NCBI GenBank assembly: GCA_013239625.1 | Contig: MU053444.1 | Location: 141,822-205,821 of the forward strand | Source: Lama guanicoe | Lineage: Eukaryota | DNA length: 64,000 nucleotides | Direction: 5' to 3' | Shown here: positions 1 through 13,254 of the stretch, in pieces | Layout of the letters: each line of letters starts with the position of its first letter | How positions within the stretch are numbered: position 1 is the first letter of the stretch | Notes under the pieces: generated by a model | The model's database searches: none | The model's input: the letters and a program-made list of their open reading frames with translations, nothing else | Told to the model about the DNA's origin: nothing | Translations under genes and position numbers: made by a program

Positions 1-3000
1 ATCTCATCCCTTTGCTTATAGATGAGAAGCTGAATCCCGAGATGCACAACGAGGCTCTGGTTGAGCTGGGGGTGGTGCCATTGTCTCCTGACTCCTAAGC
101 CCAGCACCTGCATGGCTCAGGCCCTCTCTTCATGCCCGACAGCCACCATGCCAGGTTAGGACATCAGAAACACCACCAGGGACTTCCGAATGAACTCCTT
201 ACACATGGAAAGGCGTGTCACGCAGTTTGGGACAGAGCAGGGAAAGGTTCGTCCTCACTTTGTCCCTGTGATTAGGTCAACGGCCCCACTTTGCCACGGA
301 ATTGCAGACGAGCTCTTCTGGGCTGCCTACCCCCCACCTTCTGCTCTATTTCCCTGTGTGTCTATCATGCTGTCCCTCGGGCAGAAGAGGTTGAGATGCC
401 TTTGCAGAGAGGTGGTCCCCCTTTGCTGGGGAGACTGAGGGAAATTGTGTCCTCTCAGCCTATGGCCTCGGGCCTTGAGTCTGGAGAGTGCTCATGGCGG
501 TCTCACAGGTGACGGTCGGAGGAACTGGCATGTGCAGCCGGGTCCGCTGTGGAGGTGGTGATCTGTGATTCTTGAACTTACGTAAGATCAGATCCTACTT
601 TCTGGTTGTTGGTCAGTTGGAGGAGAAGATGCCAGAGAATTGAAAAAGGAAAGTCCAGACCAGCCATGTGAGTGAGAGGCACAGGGGACCCAAGTCCCAC
701 CTGCGTGTGGTGCCTAGCGAACTCTGGATGAATTTTCAGTTCCTATCCGGACATGCCTGTATGGCTTAAGGAAGGGGCAAGGCATGTCGTGGCTATGATC
801 AGTAGTTGTCCTCACAGGGCCCTGTGATCTACATGTCTGCACTCCCCTTCTGCTACTTGGAGATGAGGTGGCAGGTTTAGAAGCCTGGGCACTGCTGAAG
901 GCACAGCTGCCAGCACCGGGCTTCTCCCAGCCTGGCTCCGTTCACTTCACCTGTCACCTCCTGCTGAGCCCCCAGGCATTAGTCAAGGTAGGCACATCGG
1001 TGCAACGTAATCAGGGACCAAATTCTCCCCTGCACAGACTGGTGGGTAAGCAGTGGAAGACTGGAGCCCTGCCCCAGCCCCTTGGCCAGTGCTTCTTCTT
1101 TTGTCATAGGAGGCACTGGTGACATTTTTGCTCAGCAACTGCTTGGCTTTGAGTCTGTAGACCCACCAGAGAATGCCAGCTTGTTTTTGCCTTTTGAATT
1201 CTGTCCTTGGGATTTGGCGGAGTAGCTGGATTTGTGCTTAGACCATAGTGGTTGAAACTGTCACCATTGTTTACCCAGAACCTCGTGTACCAGGCATGGC
1301 TCTCGGCATCAAAATACAGCAGCGCATTATACCTCCCCCCTGGTGGGTCTGTCTGTTTTGGTACAATAAGTGCCCAGCCAACATCTGAACGTCAGTGAGA
1401 TAACGCGGCCAGTGAGCTCGGGTGAAGCACGTTCTTCTCCAGTCACTTTTACTTCATTGTTCCTTTTACTATTCCACAGTCATTAATTTATAAAACAATG
1501 CTTTGCTGCAGGAGCAGAGCCTAATTCTCTCCTGCTACTCTTGGTGGCAGTGAGTAAAACTGTCCAGCCTGAAATGCTACCATATATTGTAGCTCAAAAG
1601 CTGTCTAGACGCATGTAGGTGGAGTTTTGGTTTGGGGCCCTGACCACGTTAGTGTCCCCTGCAGCGCCACTCCCCATAGGCCCCTGCCTTCCCTGGAGCA
1701 GGAGGTGAGGGAGGGTCTCACCATCCCCTCGTCCCTGGCCTCACATACTCACGTAAGTTCTTGTACAGGCTGTCAAAGTCATTTTCGTTCTTGTGTGCTT
1801 CTAATTTTCACTTGTTACTCTTTCCCTTTTTCTATTTTCCTTTTTCTCTTGTACTGCCCTGTGAGCATGTAGTTGTGTCTGAAAAGGTGGGCTGTGCACA
1901 CTCTGCATTGGAAATAGCTAGATCGCACTCCATGCTGTCCACATCGCTTTAAAAAGCAAAAACTTAACAACTTCCTCGATCCATGTATTATCCTAGTCAT
2001 CTTTTTATTTCCTAATTTTTTGGAATATTTGCTTTGATAACACGTCACTCACTGGTGTTTGATATCTGTGAAAATACTTGCTTTGAGGAACCTGTTTGGT
2101 CCTCCTTATATTTGGTGACAAATGCGCCCTTATTAGATTTGTTTGTTTGTTTTGAAGAAATGAGATGCGAATTGATTTAAGCTGCTGCTGAGGGATTCTT
2201 TTCATGGACTATTTAAACTTGGAAAGTCAAAGTCTGCAGCACCTTGATCTATTTCTGCTTTTCCACAAAAGTACTCACACGCAGTTCCTGGCTGTCACTG
2301 TGTGACGTGTGTGATGGCGCTTCCTGGCCGGCAGTCACTGGTGAGGAAGTGGCCGGCTCGGGGGTGAGCAGCTGCAGGGGACGATGTTGGAGGAAGCTGT
2401 CAGTTTTGTTTTTTTTTTTGCATTGAACTTCCCCGTGCCATTTAATGTACTTTGCCTTCATAAAGGGGCAGTATCGGGGTCTAAAATCCATGCCACTATT
2501 TTGTTCCCTGTACAAGGGTGGTTTTTCTGGGTATCAGGACAACATGGCCATCTACGAAGATGCTGGCTCAACTGGATCTGGTGGACACATGGACCCCTAA
2601 AGGGGACCGTAGGTTCCACTCTGCTTCAGCCAGTGGGCTTTCAGAGACGGGTCTGTGGTTTGCTTCAGCAGCCATGCAGGCCTCCCTGCACCAGACATTT
2701 CTTTTAACCCATTTTGGCAGTAAATAGCTGACTCTGTGTCTGTTGCAGCTGACCTCCACCATTGATGGCCATGTCGTTAGTTCGTGGTAGTCAGACTCCA
2801 ACACCACAATCAGCCATGAAGGAAGATGCTTTGACCGACCTAGGACCTTGCATTCTCACCCCCACCATGGTTGATCTCACCCGGGGGAAGGGTTTGGCCA
2901 CCACCATCATGCTGACCATGAGGTCTTGTTTCTCCTTTCATGCTGTGGTCCAAATGTCGAAACTGCGTTTTTCACTGACTTGGTCTCGCTTGAGACAGTC

Positions 3001-3439
3001 CAGAATTTCTGAAAGAGTCCATCACATTCTGGGTGGGGAACAGAACAGAAGTAATTCTTGCAAATAGAAGGAGTCTAGGCTGTCCGGGTTGGCAAATGCA
3101 GGCTGGGATCTGTGATGTCTGGGCTGTGCCCTGGACACAGGCCTTTCCCATGGCTCCTGAGAGCCCAGGGGTTTGAGTGAGAACAGCCTTGCCTGGGTTC
3201 CTCCATCCTCTTCTGCTCACTGGCAGGTGTGTCTGCTAATTAGGAGCTCCCCCAGACCTCGGGACCTTCAAAGCTCAGACCACGGATGAAACTTGAGTCC
3301 CTTTTCTTGTGCATCCTGTGTTAGAATCCAGTGCCTTCTGAAGTGAGCAGTGGCAGGAGATGCCTCCCCCTCAAGGAAGCACCCTTCGGAGGACTGTGAC
3401 TCACTGCACCATGCTGTGAGCTTGTGGGGTTACGATCAT

Positions 3440-3900
3440 GGTCCCTGCAGAACCAGACTTGAGATGGGCTTAGTGATGGAAATAACAAGACTGATTCCAG
3501 GATAGGGCTGGGGGGAGGGAACAGGGGGTATTGAATATGACCTCAAACACCTAGGTGGGTGCTGGGGCTGTTACTAAAATGGGGAGCCTGAGAGGTACCT
3601 GCCAGGAATAGATTTCCAGAATAAATGGTGGACATGAGGCATTTTTTTAGATGCCATTTGTCATCGAAGTTAGGACATTAAAGAGGCACTCGGGTCTATG
3701 AGCCTGGGGCTGAGGTGAAGGTGCCAGACTAGAGATACACGTTGAGATTCGTCCTTCTTAGCTGGTGTTCACAGCCTTACATGTGGGTTAGCTCTTCTCA
3801 AGAGGTGCAGACTGAGGCTGAGGGAGGGCAAGGCTGTGCCTCGGTTGGAGGAAAGCACAGACCATGCAGCTTTGGTGTGTCAGTCAGCGGCGTTTGGGAT
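3440..3900 (-). mobile_element. LINE-2 fragment
   Basis: ggacatgaggcattttttagatgcc...agcctggggctgaggtg...gactagagatac. Confidence 0.5.
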
Positions 3901-4439
3901 TTTCAGAGCAATGCCATTTATCCTTAAGGGGCCGGGTGGTGGGCAGGGCCAGCCAGGATGAAATCTAAAGGGAGGTTCATGGCCACGTGTGCCTCTTGGG
4001 AAGATGCAGAGGCTGCCGTCCGGGAGGGGAGACTGCTCAGAAGTTGGAGTGGGGAGTGGGGAGAAGGTAGTCACACTTTCCTGTGAAGGAGGGAGGGAGG
4101 CCTAGGTAGTCCCCACCCTACCGGACTCACTTTCCCATGAACAGAAGGCAATCAGAGGATCTGAGGTGAGAAGGAATGGGTACTGGGAGGGGAGCCAACC
4201 TGGAAAATGGTGCTTGGACAGTTCTGGAATAGTCTCCCTGCAAAATAGAGTTAAAAACCCAGACTGTAAAGATTATTGATAGTAACTGGGGAGGAGACAG
4301 TTTTTCTGGCCTCCTAAGGATAAGTCATGTATCCGGGGATACAGAGAAGAATCAAGCAGTCTTTTGCTGGGGCTTGATCCTTACCAGAGGCAACAGTGCA
4401 AGTTTAAAAGGGGAGAAGGGCATCAGAGGGAAACTACCC

Positions 4440-4805
4440 AGGCCCCGTGTCAGGTACCAGTCGGCCGCCCTAATTAGGTGTTCCATCCACATCCATCCCT
4501 CCCATGTGGGCAGTGGCAGCCCCCTTTTGCGGATTGGCAAGCCTTCTCAGAGGGGTTAAGGTATTGGTCCGTTTAGCAGCTAGTAAATGCTGTAGCAGTA
4601 TTCTAGCAGGGCCTTGTCAGACTTCAAGGGCATGTTTTCTCTACTAATTCCGGTAGCTCCCTGTTTTACTTCGAATGGTGAAGTGGGTCAGTTTTGGAGC
4701 CTTTCAGAAAAAGTGCGATTTAAGTGCCTCAGTACTGTTTCACAAAGCTCAGTGTTCTTTGATGGTTCGGAGCAGTGCAGTGCTTTTCGCCCCACAGAGG
4801 TAAGG
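4440..4805 (+). promoter_or_regulatory. Candidate promoter and first exon
   Basis: GC-box-like ggccgccc near 4463, inverted CCAAT boxes at 4533-4537 and 4563-4567 (30 bp apart), local CpG enrichment, and donor GAG|gtaagg at 4800. Confidence 0.3.
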
Positions 4806-6129
4806 TCTTACTCCGTTGACGATGATGTGGTTGCAAATGACGTACAGGTGCAAAACCAGACTTAGCAGCTTCTGAAGGGAAACTCTCCAGTTCTCCCTTG
4901 ATTGGCTGTCTTCCGTGGGATGTAACTCTGCTGCTGCGTAGGCCTGAGGTTTCCATATGGATTGAGGGTTTGATAACCAATGTTAACATAAAACGATCAG
5001 ATGGAGAAAATCGACGGTGGCAATTTATTTTTGGGTTTCATTAGAAAAGATGCACTGTTGGTTAATAGCCCATATAACGTATGAAACTGAGTATAGAACA
5101 TTGCATTTCTTACTTTCTACTTAGAACTGTGTTACATTGTAAGGTTGTCTGCTTTGAAAATTCAGCTCAGCCACTAGGGCGCCTGTCAGTGTGTTGATGT
5201 GATTGCATTTACACAGTGCATGTAATCTGGGCTGCCTCAGCCCCAAATACTGCAGTGAAGAATCATGGGCTGTAGCAATCACTTAGATATACAAATACTT
5301 CTGAAACTATATGAGACCAAAAAAAAAAAAAAAAAAAGGAGAGAGATAGAGATTTCCTTTATCAAAGTTCTTTGGAATTTAACTGCAAACTGTTGTTGAG
5401 CAGTTCTGGCTAGCTTTATGTATGAATATATGCATTTCTTTGCATGTAACTTGGTTTTTGGACAAGAACAACAAGTTCTTGCTTTCTGTGAGCCACAAAA
5501 ATCACAGCCAAATGACACACGTATGAAACATTTTATTCTTTTTTTCTGAGAAAGAATCCTTAAATTTGGGACTTGGGCTCTGATTTTGCTTTTTGCTCTT
5601 CCCACCTCTCTTGTCATCTCACTCCTTTTTCCCATGTGGCCTCCAAGATGCCATGGTCTCAAAGGAGTGGGTGGACAAACACCAGTTGGTCGCCATGGAG
5701 TGCTGCTGTAAACGAAGCCCAGCCAAGAGCTAAAGGACATTATCAGAGAGGACTTCCTGGAAGAAATGGGCTCTACATTCAGTTCTGAGGACAGAGTAAG
5801 TGTCAGCCAGGGGAAGGAGTCAAGAATGTGGCTCAGGTGGCAGGAGCAGCCCGGGCAGAGGCCTGGAGGCTTGTGGGTGGGGACTCGTGGAGACTGCCCT
5901 CTGTGGTCCAGGGTGGATGGTGCCCCTGATGGGGAGGACACAAGAGAGGTCCTGGGAGGAGGTCTTGGTAGGAGCTTGGGTTTTACTAAAACTGACACAG
6001 GAGGCAGTGAATGATGTCAGCAGGAAGTGACCCTCAGGAAAGGTACTTCTGGTTTTGCTTCTGATAATCTACAGAAAGAAGGGCTGGGACGAGGGAAAGC
6101 AGATATGTCTGTCCCTTTGAGACCCAACC

Positions 6130-6535
6130 CTTCATTCATTTATTCATAACATGAGCACTTCTGAGTGTCTAGGGAAGAGAGGGTGGACCCACATTAATAA
6201 GCAAAAATGTATTTGCTTCTTGAAAGCTTAGCAGTGTCAGAAGTTGACTTAGCCTAGAATGTTCTAGGAACAGAGGAACAAAGTACGGAGGTTGGAGGGA
6301 GAGAAGGCTTCCTTGAGAAACAGTCAAAATGAGCCTGAAGGCAAGTGGGAAGTAGGAGCAAGTCAGGGGGCCCCTGAGGTCACTGGGGACCTGGGTACAG
6401 CAGTGATGCTGGGCGAGCAGTTTCAGGGTAAGGGTCAGGGTCAGGGGTGGGGCTAGAACTCTACCAGGGAGCCTCTGAAGGGTTTGAAGTGGTGGTTGAT
6501 GTAATGAAATTTGTGCTTTGGGAAGGCTTCCCTGG

Positions 6536-6540
<5 letters not shown>
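6130..6540 (-). mobile_element. LINE-2 3' fragment
   Basis: ttcattcatttattca tail followed by the L2 phrases gaaggcttccttgag and gggagcctctgaagggtttgaag. Confidence 0.65.

Positions 6541-6569
<29 letters not shown>
6539..6569. repeat. (TG)n microsatellite
   Basis: About 15 TG units. Confidence 0.95.
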
Positions 6570-6571
<2 letters not shown>

Positions 6572-7733
6572 CGGGGAAGAGGGGGAGGTTGCCACCAACT
6601 GGCAGGGTCACTAGAAGACCATTCACAGGTTGGGAGGCGACCAGTGGGAGAGGGGCATCAGGGCTGCTTGGGAACAGCAGGGGCAGTGTGGATGCTGGAT
6701 TTCCTTATGGGGAGGCCTTGTTAGCGGGGCCGCCCGAGCGGCACCTTGTGGCTGGAAGGAAACAGATGGTGGCTGCCAAGTGGACTTTCCTCTTCTCTCC
6801 TTCCCTGCCTTGCCTGATGATCTTAGCTCAGCCAACATTTGGAACAGAAGAGCTAAGGTCCAGGGTAGCCCAGGACTTTGTTGCGCTCATTCGAGTGAGA
6901 TCTGATAGGACATAAGTTTGTGTTCAGATCTGCATGTTCACTTAGCTAGAAACATCCCGTCTTTTGGATTTCCATAGGGGTTTTTATTCTTGATAAAGAT
7001 TGCTTTCTTGGTGAGAGGAAATTTAATACAGCTGTGGTTTTTCTCGAAACGAAATCATGTCTTTTAAGAAATTTAATATTCAAAAGAATCGGAATATTTA
7101 AATATGATAAAGTAAGGTTTTGGTGTAGTTTCTTTGGTTTCTGAATTAATGTGGAGTTAGAGCCTTTGCATTACTTAATAGCACATCCTTGTCAGTATTT
7201 AAAGAGCTGTTAGTGAGAGCCCCAGGCCCCACCTCTCAAAGAATCATTAAAGTTTGCTCTGAAATAGTGAAGTCATAAAGGTCTTGTTTGCAGAAGCCAA
7301 ACAGTTGGTTTATAATATACAGCATAGCTCCCTTTATAAAATAATAATAGGATCAACACTAAGAAAGCGGAAGATAATTGATTTTTTTTTTACAGCTGAA
7401 AGATAAACTTTCTTGTGCTAATGTTGCAATGGGAAATTTTGAAAAGAAAAATCCTTCTGTAACATCATCTACGTAGAATTCATATACACCTTTCACATTT
7501 GAAAAGTAACTGCGCAGTGGTGTTTGAAGTCAGGACCATTCCACCTCAGATACTGGCAGTGACGGTTGCTGATTTTCAATGGAAGAACCTAAATTTGCCT
7601 TCTTAGCTTTTTTTTTTTGTAGTGAGCAGGTTGAGTAATGCTATGTCAGCATGACTTTGGGGCAATTTGGGGGCAGATGTCATGCACCAGCAGTGAGATA
7701 TTTCCATACATTTTACTTTCTGCACATCAACAG

Positions 7734-7844
7734 GGCACATGAGGGGTTTGTACCTGCAGGCTGGGATGCTGCAGGACTCCCTGATCCATCACCGTTATGT
7801 CCTGGAGCTGTTCCAGTTAGTGAATAATTTTCTGTGGGTTGGAG
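7734..7844 (+). pseudogene. TRAPPC9: TRAPPC9 exon 3 remnant (5' part deleted, donor GT>CT)
   Basis: From 7736 it reads [36 protein letters not shown] versus human [36 protein letters not shown]. Acceptor aacag ends at 7733, the exon is followed by ctaagt, and the HYKKRCQGRMRK codons are absent. Confidence 0.9.
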
Positions 7845-8459
7845 CTAAGTTGGTTTGATGCAGATGATTAGATGTGTAGTTAAAGTTCTATTACTTGAAA
7901 TAAGAGAAACAGAAATGTGGCTATAAAAATAGAGGATGAGGGAGGAGAATTGTCTGAGTTGCTTACAGTGGGGAGACTTTTCAGGTGACTCCCTCACTGT
8001 CATCCCTTCCAATATCCGCCCCAGCCCTACATTTTAGTCCTACCGAAGCAAGCAAGCACTTTGCTCAGAAACACAGTGAATTTCCTTGTGCCTCTGTTGG
8101 TTGGCTTTTTTTTTTAAAAGCACATCTTGCCCTTTGTTTAAATGCCATCCCTGCTAGTCTCCTCTTATAGTCATTCTTCTGGACCTCATCCATACATAGC
8201 TGCTGAATGGATGAACGGAATGCAGTATCTCCATGTAGCTGAACATTATTCAGACATAAGAGTGAATTAAAAAAATATAATAAAAGGGAAGATGAAAAAG
8301 GCCTCCTGTTCTGGGAAGTCCACCCTGACTGCTCAACCTGCCCTTTTCACTTTGAAACCCAATCCCTTATACTCCACTCTACTCTTTTTGATAGTAGTTA
8401 CCACCTTCTAATAAACTTTAACGTTTTCAAAAAAAAAAAAAAAAATTGACTGTGACTAT

Positions 8460-8725
8460 CTACACAAGATTCATAAGAGCATGTTAAGTGAAAGGAACCA
8501 GACATAAACGGCCACATATTGTTGATTTCAGTGATCTGAAATGCCCAGAATAGGCACATGCAGAGGCAGAGAGCAGGTGATGGTTGCAAGGGGCTAGGTG
8601 GAGGGGTGTTAGTGAGTGACAGTTAGTGACAGGTGGTTTCTTCTGGGGTGATGAAGTATCCTGGAAATAGATGGTGGTGAGGGCTGCACAACTGTGAGTG
8701 TGCAGAAGACTGCTGAGCGCTGTCT
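8460..8725 (+). mobile_element. L1MB-type LINE-1 3' end fragment
   Basis: atgttaagtgaaaggaaccagaca...cagaataggca...ttctggggtgatgaa...gctgcacaac is typical L1MB 3' UTR sequence. Confidence 0.8.
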
Positions 8726-9784
8726 CTGGGAGTGCCTGTTGTTGGGGCGGCTTTATTTTGTTCTCATCCTGCGATGTGAAGGGTCATCTTCTGCTGTGGC
8801 CATTCTACTCCTGTGAGTGGTGAGGGTCAGAGACTATGTAGAGTCATGTTTCTCTTTTCCCCCTTGCTGAGTGTAGGCAAAATAAGTTTAAGCCTGAGAA
8901 AGTGCTCCATCTGCAGAAATGTCTTTTAGTTTTCAATGGTGTAAAAATCTTGAGAGCTTTTTAATCGTTGAGGACAGTCTGTGGGGGGAAACAGCCCGTG
9001 AAGCCTGGGTGAGACCTGGAAGAGCCACACTTCCCTCCCTGACACGAGTGGGTATTTCACTCTTTTCAGGCAGTGAAGGGCCCAGACCCGTGAGCGGAGT
9101 TGTCAGTCGTGAATATTTACGTGTATCGGCTGCTTCATCTTGGATATTAATTTCAAGCTGAGTCAGTTTGTGAGGCGGCAGCCCTACATCAGGAATTTAT
9201 AGTATCTGCTCTTTGTGGTGAAGACCAGACAGACTTGATTATTTAACAGTCTCTCTTGAATTGATATCTCAGATTCCTTTGTCAAAAGCAAAACAGAAGA
9301 AATACAGACATCCTTTAATAACAATGTGACCTGGAACGGGTTTAGTCTCTATGCCTCAGTGCCCTTATCTGCGGGTGGAGAAGATGATAACAGTGCTTCC
9401 CTCAGATGGTGAGGGGGGAGTGAGAAGCAGAAATGAAGGACTTACACGAGATGCTCATGAATGACTGAATTTAGTGCTCTCAGCCTGGTGAGGCCTCAGG
9501 GGCAGAGATGTCAGAACAGAGCAGTCCTACCCAGAGCTTGATCCGCTTTGGCAGCTGTTATGATCAGTATCACCACTGTGGTTATCAGGTAGTTTTAAGA
9601 CTTGGTAATGTGAATTCTTGATTAATGTTAAAAGACTAGACATCTCAGATCCAGTTTACATAGTTCTCAAGATTTCCTCTGAGAAGTGGATTTTTTTTCC
9701 CATCTTAAGTCTGAGTTGAGTCTCTAAAAAAATTCTGTTTCCCTCCATCTTTTTGCTTTAATTCTCCATTTCTTAAAAAAAAAA

Positions 9785-9872
9785 GTTTTTAAATGGAGTT
9801 ATTGGGGACTGAACTGAGGGCCTCATTCATGCTAAGCTCATACTCTCCCAAATGAGATATAATATTGCCCCT
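9785..9872 (-). mobile_element. tRNA-derived SINE (same family, degenerate)
   Basis: atggagttattggggactgaactgagggcctcattcatgctaagc resembles the copy at 14925-15000. Confidence 0.7.
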
Positions 9873-10099
9873 GATTTTTTTTAAAGTTTCCTTTCTTAGT
9901 ATTCAGAGGTTAGAGACCTCTAATACTTTTTCTTGAGACTTGTCCATGAACCTGTAAATCTATAATTAATGGACAAAACTTAGTTTATTTAAAAAATCCA
10001 TAGAATATTCTGCAATCCATCCAAAAGGAAATGCTCATTGACTTAAAATGTTTCTCCTTTATGGATTTTTCTACTCTTTGGTCTAGCTTAATTTATTTA

Positions 10100-10330
10100 C
10101 AGCCATCCTCGTCATCTTAATGACCAAACTCGCTGCGAGTGGACACCTACCTAAGGCTAAAATGCTTTCCTCAGGTTTTACTTCATAGCAGGTGTTTGAG
10201 GGTAGGTAACTGTGTCTCCTTTTTTGCAGCTGAGGGATTGAGAGATGGGCCAGCTTGTCCCAAATCACACGCAGCTGGTGGTGGCTAGCTCGGTGCTGGA
10301 ATCCAGGATGCACAGGCTGCATTCTCAATT
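10100..10330 (-). mobile_element. MIR SINE
   Basis: ttttgcagctgagggattgagagat...cttgtcccaaatcacacgcagctgg. Confidence 0.65.
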
Positions 10331-12289
10331 GCTCCTCTAATCAGCCTCACGTTGAGTGGTTTCCCGAACTCCTTTGACTCCATAAATGGCCGATTTTAGT
10401 GATCTTAGCCTGATGAGGCCTTCAAAGGAGAGACATCATTGAGAATGTGAGACAGAATGGCATAAATTAAAATTGTACATTTTCACAAATGTTTAATTCT
10501 CAGGTAATGACTTAATAAGGTAATTTTTTTTAATTTTGTGCTTTGTAAGCACTAGGAACAAAACATTTAAAATAATTATTGTGCAAAAGAGAAGTGGGCT
10601 TTGAAAGTTCAACCGTTGCTAATGATGTTAGTTGTTTTTTTCTAGTGATATATTGACTGATTACAAAGACTGAATTGGTTTTATGTAGTCTTAGTATGGA
10701 AGAAAAGATTGTCAGTGAGTATTGTAAGTAAATTCCTTACTCTTTTCTTTCCTGATGATAAATATGTTAGTTTTTTTCGTGGCTTAAGTACATTTCGTCA
10801 TTTGTGAAATTTGAATAATATCGTTTACCTTGTCTGACTGTGAGAGTTAGACGCCTTGTATACAAAGCACCATAGTGGTGCTTAATAAAAATGTGCTGTC
10901 ACAATGACTGATTCTTTAGAAGTATCAACTCTGAATACTAAAGAGGGTGGCTTATTTCTGATGCATATTAAATATGTATATATATGATATAAATGAATAT
11001 GGCTTAAAGTAACAAGGATTCAGTCTTTTTTTTAGTGTGGTATGAAGTTTTAATGAAATCTGTATCATTCTAGTGAGACAGGGACTAGTTAAATTGCCTT
11101 AAGTAGACGAACTTTAAGATTATTTACACAGAATGTGTATTGTTACAACTCAGAATTCATGTTACCGTGTAACAGTCCACTCAGACATTTAAATTTGTGG
11201 GATTCTTACCAGAAATATTAAGTTTAGAAAAATCCACATTGATCATTTTCAGGGAATAAGCTTCTCTCTTTTGTGATTAAAGAATATTTTGATTTTTTTC
11301 TGCACTCTTGACAGGTTTTAAAATATCAAAATTTTGATTTGACATGTCACTTTTTTAATAGAGAGAATAAAGCTCATGCTGTTTAAATATGTAAATAAAT
11401 GTTTTTGTATTTCAACAAAATTGTATTATTTCCTGGCTCTTTGAGAAGTATTTTGCAAGATACTTAGATTACCTACTGTTGGAAAAATACAGACGTGATT
11501 TTTATGAATATAGGCATAGTACAGTTCTATTGGTTTTTTCTACAGTGCAAGACATGAGGCCTAGGAGAGCTTTGCTGCTGATTGTCAGGAGGACAGATGC
11601 AAGTTCTCAGTCTCCCTCCTGTAAAATTAAATGGCTGCACTGGATTCTTTCCACTTCCAAGGTGAGTTTCCATGAGCCTATGTCTTTTGTTTATATTCAG
11701 GAGTATTAGCAATATCAGATTAAATGTTGAATACCGCTTTCTTCCCCCGAAGCAAATTGCAGTATGTGCTACATAAGCTTTTAGTTCTCTGATTCTCCTT
11801 TCTCATCCTACAGGCAATTTTTGTGTTGCAACTTTCCCGGCAACCTGGAAGGTCTTTTTAGCCATAGGTGGCTCTGTTGCACATTCTTACAGTCTTAATT
11901 TTCCTGTTTGAAAAAGAAGTTTTAAACAACGTTATTTTATTTTGATTTCTTTTCTTAATGCTTCAGAATAGCACAATGTCCATTATGTCTGTCTACCTGG
12001 AAAAATTCTTCTGCTTATATCTTAGTTTTATTCTGTCATCTCGCTGTGAACATTTCAGACTTGCTGTGCAAACAGTGGTAAAATCGGACTTTTCTTCCAG
12101 TGTTAGAAACCAGTGAGCCAGGATTTTATAAAAGAGCTAGAAGCGGCCTGTGGAGCAAATTAAAGGTAAAAAGTGTGTTGAGTTCCCTGAGTATTGACCC
12201 CACTGCTGTGTTTTAATTGGTGGGAGATGATTTGGTACATATATAAAGGGGTGTAGTTTTTTGACTTGGGTTTCCCTGCACGTGATGCC

Positions 12290-12450
12290 ACTGAGCCACA
12301 TGAGCCTGAGTCAGTTTGTTCTGAGATTTTCCCTCGTCTGTGAGATGGAGACGCTCATATCTGCTTTGTAGACTTGTGAGAATTAGAAGTTATGTAAAGT
12401 GTTTACCACAGTGGGTATGTCAAGAGGGCTCATAAACTTTAGCTGCTGTT
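12290..12450 (+). mobile_element. MIR SINE fragment
   Basis: tttccctcgtctgtgagatggag...gtgagaattaga...atgtaaagtg. Confidence 0.6.
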
Positions 12451-13254
12451 TTGTGAATGAAGCCATCATTTTACAGTCTTTGGCAATTACTAAGAAACAG
12501 GAAAATAAGAAAAGCTGGTTTTATGATGAAAGATATTTGAGGAGGTTCCATAATTCCTATACCCATAATTTAGCATCAGCAGAGTCAGAACTGTTACACA
12601 GTCACCCTGAACCGTTAAGCCACAGAATTTTTTGTTACTTCATATATGTTGGGGCCTAATGGGATCCAATAGTTATACACATGTTGTCTCCAGCAGCCAA
12701 CTGACAGATGACACAAAATACTAGGCAGGCGATAATTGTCTTCTTTGTTACTGATGAAGCCTCGTTCTCCATGAACTTCAGGGCTGTGGGTAAATGAGTG
12801 TCATGATACTGTGTCCCAGAAGTGGAGACTTACCCTCTCCCAGGTATCTCTGGGCCACAGCGAGCCTTCCCTTGAGAGGATCTGCCCCATCATACTCAGG
12901 GCTGTTCTGCCATGGCGCTGAGCATCCCGGGTTCTTCCCAAGGGTTGCCAACACTGGAGGGAAAGGAAGGGTTTCACATGCCCTGCTTGTCTCCCCGGAA
13001 TCACACCTCACTCTCTTAGTGTGAGGAGTGCTGGCTGTGGGCCAGGGGTCAGGGGTGTGAAAGGAGAAGCACTCTCCATGGCCCAGAGGAGTGGGGAGGA
13101 GGCATCCCCTCCTTCAGCTTAAACAGGTGGTGGGATGAAACAGAAGGCTGCTACCCAAGAGTTTATAAAGGGAGTAATAAGGATTTCCTTTGGAACATAG
13201 TCTAGCCAGGAAACGCAGAAGATAATTAAAAGGAGACTTGTAAACCACTGTAAT

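Noticed and set aside
5279..5998. Longest ORF in the track (239 aa, minus strand)
   Set aside because: No recognisable domain. It runs through a poly-A tract and L2-like sequence, so it is a chance ORF.
12930..12990. Weak resemblance to TRAPPC9 exon 4 (actggagggaaag)
   Set aside because: The similarity does not extend and there are no matching splice boundaries.
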